Assembly (NCBI GenBank): GCA_964421565.1 | Contig: CAYQXJ010000003.1 | Coordinates: 82,465-146,464 of the forward strand | Direction of reading: 5' to 3' | Length of the DNA stretch: 64,000 bases | Source of the DNA: an uncultured candidatus Brocadiaceae bacterium | GTDB lineage: Bacteria > Planctomycetota > Brocadiia > SM23-32 | Notes under the pieces: generated by a model | The model's input: only the letters and a program-made list of their open reading frames with translations | What the model was told of the DNA's origin: nothing | Databases searched by the model: none | Shown here: piece after piece, positions 16,545-30,116 of the stretch | How positions within the stretch are numbered: the stretch's first letter is position 1 | Layout of the letters: each line of letters begins with the position of its first letter | Made by a program: the position numbers and the translations under genes

Positions 16545-17240
16545 ATGCAGCACGGCGACGAAGGCGAGAACATTGTGCACATAACCACTGAAGACGCCGA
16601 ATTGGAAGGGGACCTGCGCATTCCGCAGCGCGCTGAAGGCATTGTGCTCTTTGCCCACGGCAGCGGCAGCAGCCGGCACAGCCCGCGTAACAAGCTGGTG
16701 GCGAAGTATCTGCGAAGCGGGGGACTGGGGACACTCCTGTTCGATCTGCTGACGGCGGAAGAGGACAAAGTGGACCGCAGAACGCGCGAGTACCGGTTCG
16801 ACATATCATTGCTCGCCGAAAGACTGGTCGGCGCCACCGAGTGGCTGCTCCAGCAGTCTGAGGCGGAGGGTTTGAGCATCGGCTACTTCGGGTCGAGCAC
16901 CGGAGCCGCTGCCGCCCTGATCGGGGCGACCGAGTGCCCGGACGTAGTCGACGCTGTGGTTTCCCGGGGAGGCCGGTGCGACCTCGCCGGGGATGCCCTG
17001 CCCCACGTCACGGCACCCACCCTGATGATCGTCGGCGGTCGCGATGTGCAAGTGCTTCAGATGAACAAACAGGCCATCTCGCGCATGGCCGACAGCGTTC
17101 AGAAGGAGCTGGAAGTGGTGGAGGGCGCGACGCATCTGTTCCAGGAGCCCGGCGCTCTCGAGCAAGTGGCGAAGCTCGCCCGCGACTGGTTCGTCCACTA
17201 TCTGACGGGCTCGCAGGCAGAGGGAGGAAGCCATGCGTAA
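16545..17240 (+). CDS. Dienelactone-hydrolase-family alpha/beta hydrolase
   Basis: GIVLFAHGSGSSRHSPRN, nucleophile elbow GYFGSSTGAAAAL, C-terminal GATHLF. ATG 16545 after GGAGGA. Confidence 0.8.
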   Translation: MQHGDEGENIVHITTEDAELEGDLRIPQRAEGIVLFAHGSGSSRHSPRNKLVAKYLRSGGLGTLLFDLLTAEEDKVDRRTREYRFDISLLAERLVGATEWLLQQSEAEGLSIGYFGSSTGAAAALIGATECPDVVDAVVSRGGRCDLAGDALPHVTAPTLMIVGGRDVQVLQMNKQAISRMADSVQKELEVVEGATHLFQEPGALEQVAKLARDWFVHYLTGSQAEGGSHA

Positions 17241-17634
17241 CGAGGCGCTGGCCGAAGCCATTACCCTTTCGCAGACGGCCCTGGTGCTGGTCGCCACAGC
17301 GGACGAACGCGGCCTGCCACGCGTTGCCGCGGCTGATGCGCTGACGGCGGCCGCGGAGGGAGGCGTGAAGGTAACGGAGTGGCTCTGTCGGGGCACGATG
17401 GAGAACCTGGACGTCAACCGGCGAGTGGCCCTGGTAGTGTGGGACGACGAGAGAGACTCGGGCTACCAGTTGCTCGGCAGCGTGGAGCGCATCGAGGAGG
17501 TGGGCGTGCTTGACGGCTTGAGCCCGGGTGACGCAAGCCACCGCCCCGTGCCCCAGGCGGAGCATGAGTTGCTGGTGCGCGTTGAAAGGGTTCTCGACTT
17601 CTCGCGCGCTCCCCATGCCGACGTCGAAGGGTGA
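17233..17634 (+). CDS. Small PNPOx-like (split-barrel flavin-binding) family protein
   Basis: 133 aa. Pattern ALVLVATADERGLPRV...RVALVVWDDERDSGYQLLGSVERIEE resembles pyridoxamine-5'-phosphate-oxidase-family proteins. Overlaps the upstream gene by 8 nt. Weak call. Confidence 0.45.
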   Translation: MRNEALAEAITLSQTALVLVATADERGLPRVAAADALTAAAEGGVKVTEWLCRGTMENLDVNRRVALVVWDDERDSGYQLLGSVERIEEVGVLDGLSPGDASHRPVPQAEHELLVRVERVLDFSRAPHADVEG

Positions 17635-17649
17635 AACGAGGACACGGCC

Positions 17650-21412
<3,763 letters not shown>

Positions 21413-21419
21413 ACGGGCT

Positions 21420-21998
21420 GTGACGCGCGAGACGGACAGATGCGAAAGGCTGCGCAACGTGGTGGCGGAGCGGATACGTGCATGCGCCGCCTGTCGGCTA
21501 CATAAGAGCCGCACTCGCGCTGTGCCCGGTGAGGGCCCGGCCGACGCCCGCGTAATGTGCGTGGGTGAAGCTCCGGGAGCCGAAGAAGACAAGGAGGGGC
21601 GGCCCTTCGTGGGCCGGGCAGGCACCTTCTTCGACGAACTCCTGGAGCAGGTCGGGCTCCACCGGCAGCAGATATACATCACCAGCGCCGTCAAGTGCCG
21701 GCCGCCCGAGAACCGCGACCCGCGCTCCGACGAACTGGCCACTTGCCGGAAGTTATGGTTGAGAAAGCAGACCGAACTGGTCGACCCAAACCTGGTCGTC
21801 CTCATGGGCAAAGTTGCGGCGAGGCAAAGCCTCGGCAAGGAGGTGAAACTCGCAGACGAGCACGGTCAGGTTCGCGAACGCAACGGACGTCGGTTCATGC
21901 TCACCTACCACCCCGCCGCTGGCATGCGCTTCCCGGAACCCGCCTCGGCCATTCGTCAGGACTTCGCCCGCATCAGCGAACTGGCCGAAGGAGAGTAA
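21420..21998 (+). CDS. Uracil-DNA glycosylase, family 4
   Basis: Motif A GEAPGAEEDKEGRPFVGRAG, Cys cluster CAACRLH (4Fe-4S type), motif B TYHPAA. GTG start 7 nt after the ligA stop. Confidence 0.85.
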   Translation: MTRETDRCERLRNVVAERIRACAACRLHKSRTRAVPGEGPADARVMCVGEAPGAEEDKEGRPFVGRAGTFFDELLEQVGLHRQQIYITSAVKCRPPENRDPRSDELATCRKLWLRKQTELVDPNLVVLMGKVAARQSLGKEVKLADEHGQVRERNGRRFMLTYHPAAGMRFPEPASAIRQDFARISELAEGE

Positions 21999-22002
21999 CC
22001 GT

Positions 22003-22731
22003 ATGGGCGAGAAGGGCCGTGTGCGCATCGGCACATCCGGCTGGGAGTACGACCACTGGATGTGCGTGTTCTACCCGCAGGACCTGCCGAAACAGAAGTG
22101 GTTCGACTATTACGCCGAGCGGTTCGACACGGTGGAAGTCAACAACACCTTCTATCATCTGCCCGAGGAGGGAACCTTCGACGCATGGCGCGAGCAGGCG
22201 CCCCCCGGTTTCCTCTACGTGCTCAAGTTCAGCCGCTATGGTAGCCACCTGAAACACTTGAAGGACCCGCGTGAAACGATCGGCCTCTTCATGGAACGCG
22301 CCCAACGCCTGGAAGAACACCTGGGGCCCATACTCGTCCAACTGCGCCCGAACTGGCGCGTGAATGCCGAACGCCTGGAAGGCTTCCTGCGCGCGACACC
22401 CGAAGGGCAGAGGTTCGCCTACGAGTTCAGGGACAGAAGCTGGCTCTGCCAGGAGGTGTTCGACCTTCTGCGCAAACACGAAGCTGCGCTCTGCATCCAC
22501 GATATGGTCGACGATCACCCGGAGGTCGTGACCGCCGACTGGGTCTATCTGCGCTACCATGGGGCCGATACCTGGGGCGACTACTCCCATCAGAAGCTCT
22601 CGGCAGAAGCGCAGAGGATCCGGCATTACCTGGACGACGGCCTGGAAGTCTTCGCGTACTTCAACAATGACGCGCACGGCTATGCGCTGTCGAATGCCCG
22701 CGACTTGCGGCGTTACGTCGCCCCAGATTGA
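22003..22731 (+). CDS. DUF72 (YecE/UPF0759) family protein
   Basis: Characteristic N-terminus IGTSGWEYDHWMCVFYP...WFDYYAERFDTVEVNNTFY. Starts 4 nt after the UDG stop. Confidence 0.85.
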   Translation: MGEKGRVRIGTSGWEYDHWMCVFYPQDLPKQKWFDYYAERFDTVEVNNTFYHLPEEGTFDAWREQAPPGFLYVLKFSRYGSHLKHLKDPRETIGLFMERAQRLEEHLGPILVQLRPNWRVNAERLEGFLRATPEGQRFAYEFRDRSWLCQEVFDLLRKHEAALCIHDMVDDHPEVVTADWVYLRYHGADTWGDYSHQKLSAEAQRIRHYLDDGLEVFAYFNNDAHGYALSNARDLRRYVAPD

Positions 22732-22772
22732 GTGGACGAAACACTCGTGCATCGAGACTGAGGTCTGAGCAG

Positions 22773-25046
22773 ATGTGGAAGTGGCTGCCCTGGAAATACT
22801 TCGTGCGCCGCCTGGTGCGCAAACACGGCCTGCTGGACCCGTTCAACCTGCTGGCGCGCCTCGACCGCATAGGCCAACCAGCCGAAGTGCGGGCGCCGTT
22901 TGAGCTGATCCGCGCCGGGGTCGCGTTCCACGCCCGAGGCATGATGAACGCCCGGGTGATCCAGAACAACCTTGACTGGCAGTGGCCATACTGGGTGCGC
23001 CGACAGTTCGACCCGACTGACAAGGCATTCCTGCCCCGGGGCTTTGCGATCAGCCATGTGAACTTGACGCACCGCAACTGGACCGCCGTCGGTTTGCCGG
23101 ACTGCGAAGCACTGCCCGTAGTGGACCCCAGGGGGATGCTGACCCCCTTCTTCGACGGGTGGTCGCTGGACGCCGCCGTAGTTACAGAGGACGGCAGGCA
23201 TCTGATGCCGGCGGCCTGCCCCGGGGCGGATCAACGACTCGAACTGCCGGAGTCGGGACCCCGTGTGGTCACCGAAACGGCGGACCAGGGCCTTGCCCTG
23301 AGCACAAGCGCGTGGGTGGAGGACGCCGATGGGCCGACGTGCCGCTACCTCTGCTGCGCAACGGCCGGTGTTCCCGGCTGGCTTGTGCTCTCGCTCCGGC
23401 CCTGCAACCCGGAGGGCGTAAGCTTCGTCAACACGCTGGAGCTGGTCGACCAACGGCGCGCCTGGCGCGTGGACCACAGTACCTGCGTGCGCTTCGACGC
23501 CCCCCCCGACCGTCACGAGATATCGAGCTACGAGGAAGGCGACGTCTTCCTCGGCCTGTTGGAACGGGAGCCGAGCGACATCGTGGAATGCGAAGTGGGA
23601 CTTGCCACGGCGGCCGCGATGTATAGGCTCGGGGAGGACGGCTCGGCAGCCGTTGGCCTCAGCGTTCCTCTGAGTGAGGACCCGGAGTCGAAACCTCTTC
23701 TTCCGAAGGGGACAGCGGGCACGTGGCCGTCCGCGCTGGATGGCGTCTGCCGGCTTTCCGTCCCGGACGGGTGCATGCAGCGGCTCTACGACGCGGCACT
23801 TCGGAGTCTCGTTCTCCACAGCCCATCGCTGGCATATCCCGGTCCTTACACCTACAAGCGGTTCTGGTACCGCGACGCGGCCTTCATCGCGCACGCCCTG
23901 CTGTGCGCGGGCTTGTCGGACCGTGTAGAGCACCTGCTCAACCGTTTCCCGACCAACCAACGGGGGGACGGGTACTTCCATTCGCAGGACGGCGAGTGGG
24001 ACTCCAACGGACAGGCGCTCTGGATCTACCGTAGGTTCTGTCAGCTTGCCGGCCGGGCAATCAAGGAGAGCTGGCACCAGCCCATCCTGAGCGCCGCCCG
24101 ATGGATATGCCGCAAGGTGACCGACCCGCACGGCGAGCAGCGTCATTCCGGGCTGCTGCCGGCGGGTTTCAGCGCCGAGCACCTCGGCAACAACGACTAC
24201 TACTACTGGGATGACTTTTGGGCTATTGCAGGGCTCCGGGCCGCCGCGAGCATGGCAGAGCGTTGGGGTCGAGAGCCCCAGGCGACGCGGTTCCAGGCAA
24301 AGGCGCACGACCTGATGGAAGCCGTTGAAAGAAGCCTTGCCGCCAACCCCCAGGCGGAGCAGATGGGCACCGTGCCGGCCTCTCCCTACCGTCGTATGGA
24401 CGCCGGCGCCGTCGGCTCGCTGGCGGCCAGCTACCCGCTCGGCCTCTGGCCGCCTGGAGACACGCGTATCCTGAACACTGAGAGGTGGCTCCGCAGCAAC
24501 TGTTTTCAACAGGGAGCCTTCTTCCACGAAGTAATCCACAGCGGCATCAACGCCTACCTGACCCTCCACATCGCCCAGGTGTTGCTGCGAGCGGGAGACC
24601 CGAGCTTCTTTGACCTTGTCCGGAGCATAGAGAAGCTTGCCTCCGCCACCGGCCAGTGGCCCGAAGCGATCCATCCGCGCACGGGCGGGGGATGCATGGG
24701 CGACGGCCAGCACGTCTGGGCTGCCGCCGAGTGGGTGCTGATGATGCGCAACATGTTCGTGCGCGAGGAGGGTGACCGACTGATCCTTGCTTCGGGCGTG
24801 CCCGAGTGCTGGGGCGCAGAGGACGGGGCGGCCGACTGCGGCCCGGCGCCAACGCCGTGGGGCCCTGTCTGGGTGAGTGTATCGGGGGGGCCGAGCTCGC
24901 CCGAGGTGTCGTGGAGGGGTGACTGGCGGGTTGAACCGCCCTGCATCGAGGTGCGTCTGCCGGGCTGTCGGGCACTTACGTTCAGAGGACAGGCTTCGGG
25001 AACGGCCCGACCGCCGAACCGAACAAGCGAACGGGACGAGGCATGA
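22773..25046 (+). CDS. GH15-like (alpha/alpha)6-barrel glycoside-hydrolase-family protein
   Basis: YKRFWYRDAAFIAHALLCAG, DGEWDSNGQALW, YYYWDDFWAIAGL resemble a glucoamylase/trehalase-type six-hairpin core. An alternative TTG start at 22728 overlaps the DUF72 stop. Family call is tentative. Confidence 0.45.
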   Translation: MWKWLPWKYFVRRLVRKHGLLDPFNLLARLDRIGQPAEVRAPFELIRAGVAFHARGMMNARVIQNNLDWQWPYWVRRQFDPTDKAFLPRGFAISHVNLTHRNWTAVGLPDCEALPVVDPRGMLTPFFDGWSLDAAVVTEDGRHLMPAACPGADQRLELPESGPRVVTETADQGLALSTSAWVEDADGPTCRYLCCATAGVPGWLVLSLRPCNPEGVSFVNTLELVDQRRAWRVDHSTCVRFDAPPDRHEISSYEEGDVFLGLLEREPSDIVECEVGLATAAAMYRLGEDGSAAVGLSVPLSEDPESKPLLPKGTAGTWPSALDGVCRLSVPDGCMQRLYDAALRSLVLHSPSLAYPGPYTYKRFWYRDAAFIAHALLCAGLSDRVEHLLNRFPTNQRGDGYFHSQDGEWDSNGQALWIYRRFCQLAGRAIKESWHQPILSAARWICRKVTDPHGEQRHSGLLPAGFSAEHLGNNDYYYWDDFWAIAGLRAAASMAERWGREPQATRFQAKAHDLMEAVERSLAANPQAEQMGTVPASPYRRMDAGAVGSLAASYPLGLWPPGDTRILNTERWLRSNCFQQGAFFHEVIHSGINAYLTLHIAQVLLRAGDPSFFDLVRSIEKLASATGQWPEAIHPRTGGGCMGDGQHVWAAAEWVLMMRNMFVREEGDRLILASGVPECWGAEDGAADCGPAPTPWGPVWVSVSGGPSSPEVSWRGDWRVEPPCIEVRLPGCRALTFRGQASGTARPPNRTSERDEA

Positions 25047-26329
25047 ACATCGTAATGCTCACGAACACTTACCTGCCCCACTTCGGTGGGGTATCGCAGT
25101 CCATCGTCCGCTTCAGCGAAGTCTATCGGAGCCGCGGACACGCGGTGCTCGTAGTCGCACCCGAGTACGACGATGCGCCGGATGACGAAGAGGGTGTCGT
25201 TCGGCTGCTATCGTTGCGGCACATCAGCGGGAGCGATTTCTCGCTGGCCATCCCCGTTTCGGCCGAGCTGCGAAATCGGCTGGACGAGTTCCAGCCCGAC
25301 CTGCTCCATTCGCACTTCCCCTTCTTTGTCGGTGTAACCGCGCTACGCCTGGCAGCAGAGTACGGGCTGCCCCTGGTGTTCACGTATCACACGCGCTACG
25401 GCCTCTATACGCACTACGGACCGCTGGAATCGGAGGCGAGCCGGCGGTTCGCGGCTGAACTCGCAACCGGGTACTCCAACCTCTGCGACCGTGTGATCGC
25501 ACCCAGCGAGAGCATCCGCGAGATGCTGCTGGAGCGGGGCGTTGAGACGCCGACCGCCGTGATTCCCACCGGCGTCGACTTGGGGCGCTTCGCGAAGGGC
25601 GATGGCCGCCGAGCGCGAGAGAAGTGGGGGATTCCGCGCGATGCGTTCGTAGTCGGCCACGTCGGCCGGCTCGCGCCGGAGAAGAACCCCATCGTCCTTG
25701 CCCGGGCGCTCGCGGACTGCCTGCGCCCGAAGGCCGACTCGCACGCCCTCATCGTCGGCTCCGGCAGATCGCAAGGGGATATGCGCGCCGTCTTCGACGA
25801 GGCGGGCGTCGAGCAACGCCTGCACATGACCGGCGCCCTGGTAGGGCAGGATCTGGTGGATGCCTATCACGCAACGGACTGTTTCGTGTTCGCATCGCAG
25901 AGCGAAACGCAGGGTGTGGTCCTCGCCGAGGCGGCCGCTGCCGGCTGCCCGCTGGTGGCACTCGACGCGCCGGGGGCAAGGGAGGTCGTCAATGACGGCG
26001 AGAACGGTCGGCTGGTGCGAGAGAACCACCGTGACGCGCTGTGTGAAGCGATCAGGTGGGTTGAAGAGCTCGATGAGTCGGAGCGCGCCAAACTGGTGAA
26101 GGAAGCGCGACGCACTGCCGAGAGCTTCGCCACAGAGAAGTGCGCCGACGAAGCCCTCGATCTCTACCGGGACGTGCTGCAGGAAACCCCGCGCGCCGCT
26201 CGTCGCGACGACGGCGGGTGGGACTCACTGCGCCGACGAATGCAGCAGGAATGGGAGCTGTGGCGAAACCGGTTCAACGCCCTCGGCAAAGCGGCCTCCG
26301 CGCCCGAAGAGACAGAGTCCGACACATGA
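25043..26329 (+). CDS. GT4-family (Glycos_transf_1) glycosyltransferase
   Basis: MNIVMLTNTYLPHFGGV N-terminus and E-x7-E motif SETQGVVLAEAAAAGCPLVA. ATG overlaps the upstream TGA (ATGA). Confidence 0.85.
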   Translation: MNIVMLTNTYLPHFGGVSQSIVRFSEVYRSRGHAVLVVAPEYDDAPDDEEGVVRLLSLRHISGSDFSLAIPVSAELRNRLDEFQPDLLHSHFPFFVGVTALRLAAEYGLPLVFTYHTRYGLYTHYGPLESEASRRFAAELATGYSNLCDRVIAPSESIREMLLERGVETPTAVIPTGVDLGRFAKGDGRRAREKWGIPRDAFVVGHVGRLAPEKNPIVLARALADCLRPKADSHALIVGSGRSQGDMRAVFDEAGVEQRLHMTGALVGQDLVDAYHATDCFVFASQSETQGVVLAEAAAAGCPLVALDAPGAREVVNDGENGRLVRENHRDALCEAIRWVEELDESERAKLVKEARRTAESFATEKCADEALDLYRDVLQETPRAARRDDGGWDSLRRRMQQEWELWRNRFNALGKAASAPEETESDT

Positions 26330-26330
26330 G

Positions 26331-26347
26331 GACGAGCCACCCTCGTC
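26331..26347. terminator. Weak hairpin GACGAG-ccacc-CTCGTC between convergent genes
   Basis: 6-bp stem seen in the 27-nt gap between the GT4 (+) and thioredoxin-like (-) gene ends. No U-tract. Confidence 0.2.
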
Positions 26348-26356
26348 GGGGCTCCG

Positions 26357-26947
26357 TCAGCCCGCGTCGAGCATCCGACGTATCGTCTCTTCGGCCTGCT
26401 CGGAGGCGCCAGCCCCCTGGAGAACATGGCGCCGTTCGCCCGCCCGGTTGAAGATCACGATGGCGGGGATTCCGCCTCCCCACTCAGGAGCAAAGCCCTT
26501 CACAAACTCGTCGAAGTTCTCAACCTGCAAATGATACGTCTCGAAGGGAGGCTGACGTTGGGAGATGAACTCGACCACTTTGTGATGGTCCTCCGGGAAG
26601 TCGAGGCTCACGCTGACCACCGTCAGCCCGTCCGGTCCATGCTCCCGCTGCCAGTGCATGACCCTCGGAAATGCCTCCACGCAGGGCGCACACCACGTGG
26701 CCCAGAAGTCCACCAGGACCACCTCGCCCGTGTGCGCTGCCAGGACGTCGCGCAAGCCGGCAGCGTCGATCCGCTCGATTCCTTCTACTTCCAACTTAGG
26801 CTCCTGAGCAGTCGCCGCCGGTGCTTGCTTGTCCGAGCCGGCAGCGGGCTGCCCATCCTCGCGCGAGCAACCCGCTGAACACAGCATCAGGGCGAGGGCA
26901 CCGAGGGCCAGCAGCAGTGCCGCGGTGCTGATCAACCGACCTGCCAT
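26357..26947 (-). CDS. TlpA/ResA-like thiol-disulfide oxidoreductase, probable lipoprotein
   Basis: Signal/lipobox ALMLCSAGCS and thioredoxin motif DFWATWCAPCVEAFP. Confidence 0.8.
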   Translation of the reverse strand: MAGRLISTAALLLALGALALMLCSAGCSREDGQPAAGSDKQAPAATAQEPKLEVEGIERIDAAGLRDVLAAHTGEVVLVDFWATWCAPCVEAFPRVMHWQREHGPDGLTVVSVSLDFPEDHHKVVEFISQRQPPFETYHLQVENFDEFVKGFAPEWGGGIPAIVIFNRAGERRHVLQGAGASEQAEETIRRMLDAG

Positions 26948-26950
26948 CGG

Positions 26951-27577
26951 CTACTTGCCCCCGTCTGTGGCCTCCTCCGGCTCCGGTCGGTACTTCACGC
27001 TGCACCCGAACTCGGATGTGGAGGGCGCTGGCACGGGATCTCCCGCGAGGATGGCGTCGAGCGCATCGGCTAGGTAGTCGGGCTCCTCATGACGGTTGTC
27101 CACAGCGCCTTCGTAGAGGATATTGCCTTCCGGGCCGACTACGAAAATGTGCGGCGTTACCGTGGCGCCGTATGCCTTCGAGACCTTCTGGGTTTCATCG
27201 TAGAGATACGGGTACGGGAACCCCTTCTGCTTGGCCCTCTCAATCATCTGTGGAAAGCCGTCCGCCGGCACCATATCGGCCGGGTTCGTGTTGACTGCAA
27301 TGAACTGGACGCCCTTCGGCTGGTATTCACTCGCCAGCGCGATCAGCTTGTCCTCGTACGCCTTCGCCACCGGGCAGTGGTTACACGTGAACACTACCAC
27401 GCGCGCCTCGGCGTCCGCGTACTCCTGCAGCGAGTGGTACTTGTAGTCCACGCCGAACAGCTCGAACTCGGGTGCCCGGGCTCCCGGCTCAAGGGTGTCG
27501 ATGGCGAGAGCCGCCCCGCCAAGAAGAACGACGGCGATGGCCAACCCAGAAACGTACAGAAACGCCCTCTGAAACAT
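26951..27577 (-). CDS. Thioredoxin-fold (AhpC/TSA-redoxin-like) protein with N-terminal TM/signal
   Basis: VVFTCNHCPVAKAYEDKL (CxxC) in a redoxin-like context. Lies 3 nt upstream of the TlpA-like gene on the same strand. Confidence 0.7.
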   Translation of the reverse strand: MFQRAFLYVSGLAIAVVLLGGAALAIDTLEPGARAPEFELFGVDYKYHSLQEYADAEARVVVFTCNHCPVAKAYEDKLIALASEYQPKGVQFIAVNTNPADMVPADGFPQMIERAKQKGFPYPYLYDETQKVSKAYGATVTPHIFVVGPEGNILYEGAVDNRHEEPDYLADALDAILAGDPVPAPSTSEFGCSVKYRPEPEEATDGGK

Positions 27578-27904
27578 AACAAATCCCCCATTCTATCGGT
27601 TCGTCCCGTCCATTCGGCCCGCTATGCCCCCGCGAGCCTTCCTATCTCTTCGTGTACAGCAACGCACCTATGTTCACCAATGCACACGGGCACAAGCGGT
27701 GTCCGCAACGTGGCGCGGCAGTCCTCGGCCGCCGGGGCCGCCACGTGGGCGCGTAGCGGATGCGGAGCACATCGGCGGAGCAAACGGTGGGGCTTGCCTG
27801 GCGCGCTTGCTCTTGGCGTGATGAAACGGCAGAATGTGGGAAAGGTTGTGCCGATCCCGTTGTCACATCGTCAGCCGGGCTGTCAGCGCGTGGGCGAGAA
27901 GCGG

Positions 27905-27933
27905 GTGTCAGCCGCGCCGGATTGCGATATAAT
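27905..27933 (+). promoter_or_regulatory. Candidate sigma70-type promoter: -35 GTGTCA (27905-27910), 17-nt spacer, -10 TATAAT (27928-27933)
   Basis: Perfect -10 hexamer read directly, about 50 nt upstream of ATG 27985, which has an AAGGAG RBS. Confidence 0.4.
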
Positions 27934-27984
27934 GTGGATGTATGTGGGGGCCGCCGAGAACCGACTTCGGCAAAGGAGAAAGCA

Positions 27985-28995
27985 ATGCCCGGGCAAAAAG
28001 AAGTGGCGTGCATCGACCTTTCGGGAACACTGCTTGACCATCACGAGATGGACCGACCTGTAGCCCTGATGCCCCAGGTGCTGAACGCCATGCTGCGGGA
28101 GGGCTGGCGCGTGCTGGTGCTTACGCGCTATACCGAGCGATATGCCGACGATCGGCTCAAGGACGCGGGTGTCGAAACGAACTTCGAAGTCGTTCAGGTG
28201 CCCGGCAAGCAGTCCTTCGTGGAGAAACTGCTTGAGGACCCGGAGGTCGAGAAGCTGCTGTACGTCGACGACAACCCGGTCAGCATCGCCGACATCTCGG
28301 CCATCGAGGATGAGCGGGTTCGCGTTCTCGGTTTCGTGGGCAGCGCCAAGTACTGCCCGCAGTTGCCCAACGAATGCATGCAAGGCGGCACGAGCCTGGC
28401 GCTGTCGGCTCCCGACCTGGCCGAGGCGCTTGCGGTGCCCCTGACACCCGAGCTGGGTAAGCTCTCCCTGAGCCCACAGTCACTGGCGAGCCTGCTGCCT
28501 GGTCTGCCCGACCCACTGGGCGGCGAGCCACTGCCGGCCAGTGGATTCGACCAGACGGCGCCGCTTGCCCTGCTGCGCGGGAGCACGCCGGATTGGTGGC
28601 GGTTCGCCCGCCGCAAGCTCGGCTGGCTGACTGCCGCCGACGGGTTGTGGTGCGCTGTGGTTGAGGCGGCCGTGGCGGCAACCGATGTCGACCGTGCCGC
28701 TCTGCTGACTGGTGCTGAGACGGCGCAGGAGTACGCCGACAGCCTGACGGGCGCCTCCCCTGATCTGAAGCGTCCGCTTGAAGCGGGCTTTGCGGAAACG
28801 ATCGAGGATGTAGTGTTGGGAGTTGCCGAACTCGGAGCTGAGGCCGAGATATGCCGCCCGGCGGGCCGGGAGATGGAGCCCGGGCGCCTGGAGAACGTGT
28901 TTGCCCGGCTCCAGGAGACGTTCGGGGAGACGGCCTGGCTCGGCGCTGCCCAGCGCCAGTTGGAGGAAAGCCGAACGCGCACCATCTCGGGATAG
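27985..28995 (+). CDS. Hypothetical protein with HAD-like N-terminal domain
   Basis: ATG 27985 after AAGGAG. VACIDLSGTLLDH resembles a degenerate HAD motif I, followed by LYVDDNP. The C-terminal half has no recognisable motif. The longer track ORF (27760..) lacks coding character upstream. Confidence 0.4.
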   Translation: MPGQKEVACIDLSGTLLDHHEMDRPVALMPQVLNAMLREGWRVLVLTRYTERYADDRLKDAGVETNFEVVQVPGKQSFVEKLLEDPEVEKLLYVDDNPVSIADISAIEDERVRVLGFVGSAKYCPQLPNECMQGGTSLALSAPDLAEALAVPLTPELGKLSLSPQSLASLLPGLPDPLGGEPLPASGFDQTAPLALLRGSTPDWWRFARRKLGWLTAADGLWCAVVEAAVAATDVDRAALLTGAETAQEYADSLTGASPDLKRPLEAGFAETIEDVVLGVAELGAEAEICRPAGREMEPGRLENVFARLQETFGETAWLGAAQRQLEESRTRTISG

Positions 28996-29020
28996 ATCAG
29001 GGGACGCGCGCTTGCGGGCG

Positions 29021-30055
29021 CTATGCCGTCAGCCGCGATACTGAATCCACCCCATCCCTCGACGGGCCGAGGTAACGTATGAACTGGCGTAGAAGCCCTA
29101 CGTCGAAACGGCCCGGCATGCCACGGACCATGCGCTCCAACGCGCTGTATGCATCGAGGGCCGGCCCGTCGGTGCGGGGCGTGGTGAGCTTCTCGTAAAC
29201 GTCCACGATCGCCGCCAGGCGCACCGGCCCAGCCAGCCCCTCACCCCGCAGGCCGTCCGGGTAGCCAGTCCCGTCCTGTCGCTCACAATGATGACGGATG
29301 ATCGAGCGCGTGACGGGGCTCAACTCCATCTTGCCTTCTACAAGCTCGACGCCCAGAACCGGATGCTCCCTGTAAAGCTCGCGCTGCGCAGCGCTGAGTT
29401 GCACAGGCTCCGGCGGCACGTGTCCGGGAAGCTGCGTGAGGCCCAGATCGTGCAGCACCGCCCCCAGAGCGATAGGCCGAAGAGCAGTGCTCCTGCGAAT
29501 GCCGAGCACATCCTTGCACGCAGCCGTCAGCAGCAGGCATACGTCCACACAGTGGGAGTATGCAGCGTGGTCGTGGCTGAGCAGGTCCGTCATGTGGCGC
29601 AGCGGCTCGGCGTGCTTCAGGATGCCGTAGACCACGGCGCGCACCATGCGTTCGGTGGCGTCCATGCGCTCGCCGCTGCGGGGGTCTTCGAACAGTTGCC
29701 GCACGGCGTGGGTCGTAGCCTGGCGCACGATGGGCCAGGCCGTCTCCGGGGGCAGATCCTCGTTGCGGAGGATGGCGTGTATCTGTTCCTGTGCGTACTC
29801 GTAGAAGGCGTCCTCATCGTCCCTGCGCATGTACAGGTCTTCTATGCCGTTGGCGACCAGGCGCTCGTGCACGGCGGGGCTCAGCTCCGCGTAAGCTGCT
29901 TTGTAGAGAATGTAGGAGCCGGAGCGGCGGTTGTACAGGTACAGGTCCACCGGCGCTCTGGTGGCCGGCTGTACGATAGAGAGGTGGACCGGGAAGAAGT
30001 CGCTGGCCCGCGCCTGCTGCGTCAGTCGCCGGGTCATCCTTCGAGTGGTCGACAT
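29021..30055 (-). CDS. HD-GYP domain protein
   Basis: VLHDLGLTQLPG and HHCERQDGTGYPDG. The N-terminal domain is paralogous to 2122..3765. Confidence 0.85.
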   Translation of the reverse strand: MSTTRRMTRRLTQQARASDFFPVHLSIVQPATRAPVDLYLYNRRSGSYILYKAAYAELSPAVHERLVANGIEDLYMRRDDEDAFYEYAQEQIHAILRNEDLPPETAWPIVRQATTHAVRQLFEDPRSGERMDATERMVRAVVYGILKHAEPLRHMTDLLSHDHAAYSHCVDVCLLLTAACKDVLGIRRSTALRPIALGAVLHDLGLTQLPGHVPPEPVQLSAAQRELYREHPVLGVELVEGKMELSPVTRSIIRHHCERQDGTGYPDGLRGEGLAGPVRLAAIVDVYEKLTTPRTDGPALDAYSALERMVRGMPGRFDVGLLRQFIRYLGPSRDGVDSVSRLTA

Positions 30056-30116
30056 GATGCGTGCTCCGTTTCTCTGGCGTGCGGGCGCGTGCGCGCCGAA
30101 CTGGCAGGTTGGCAGT

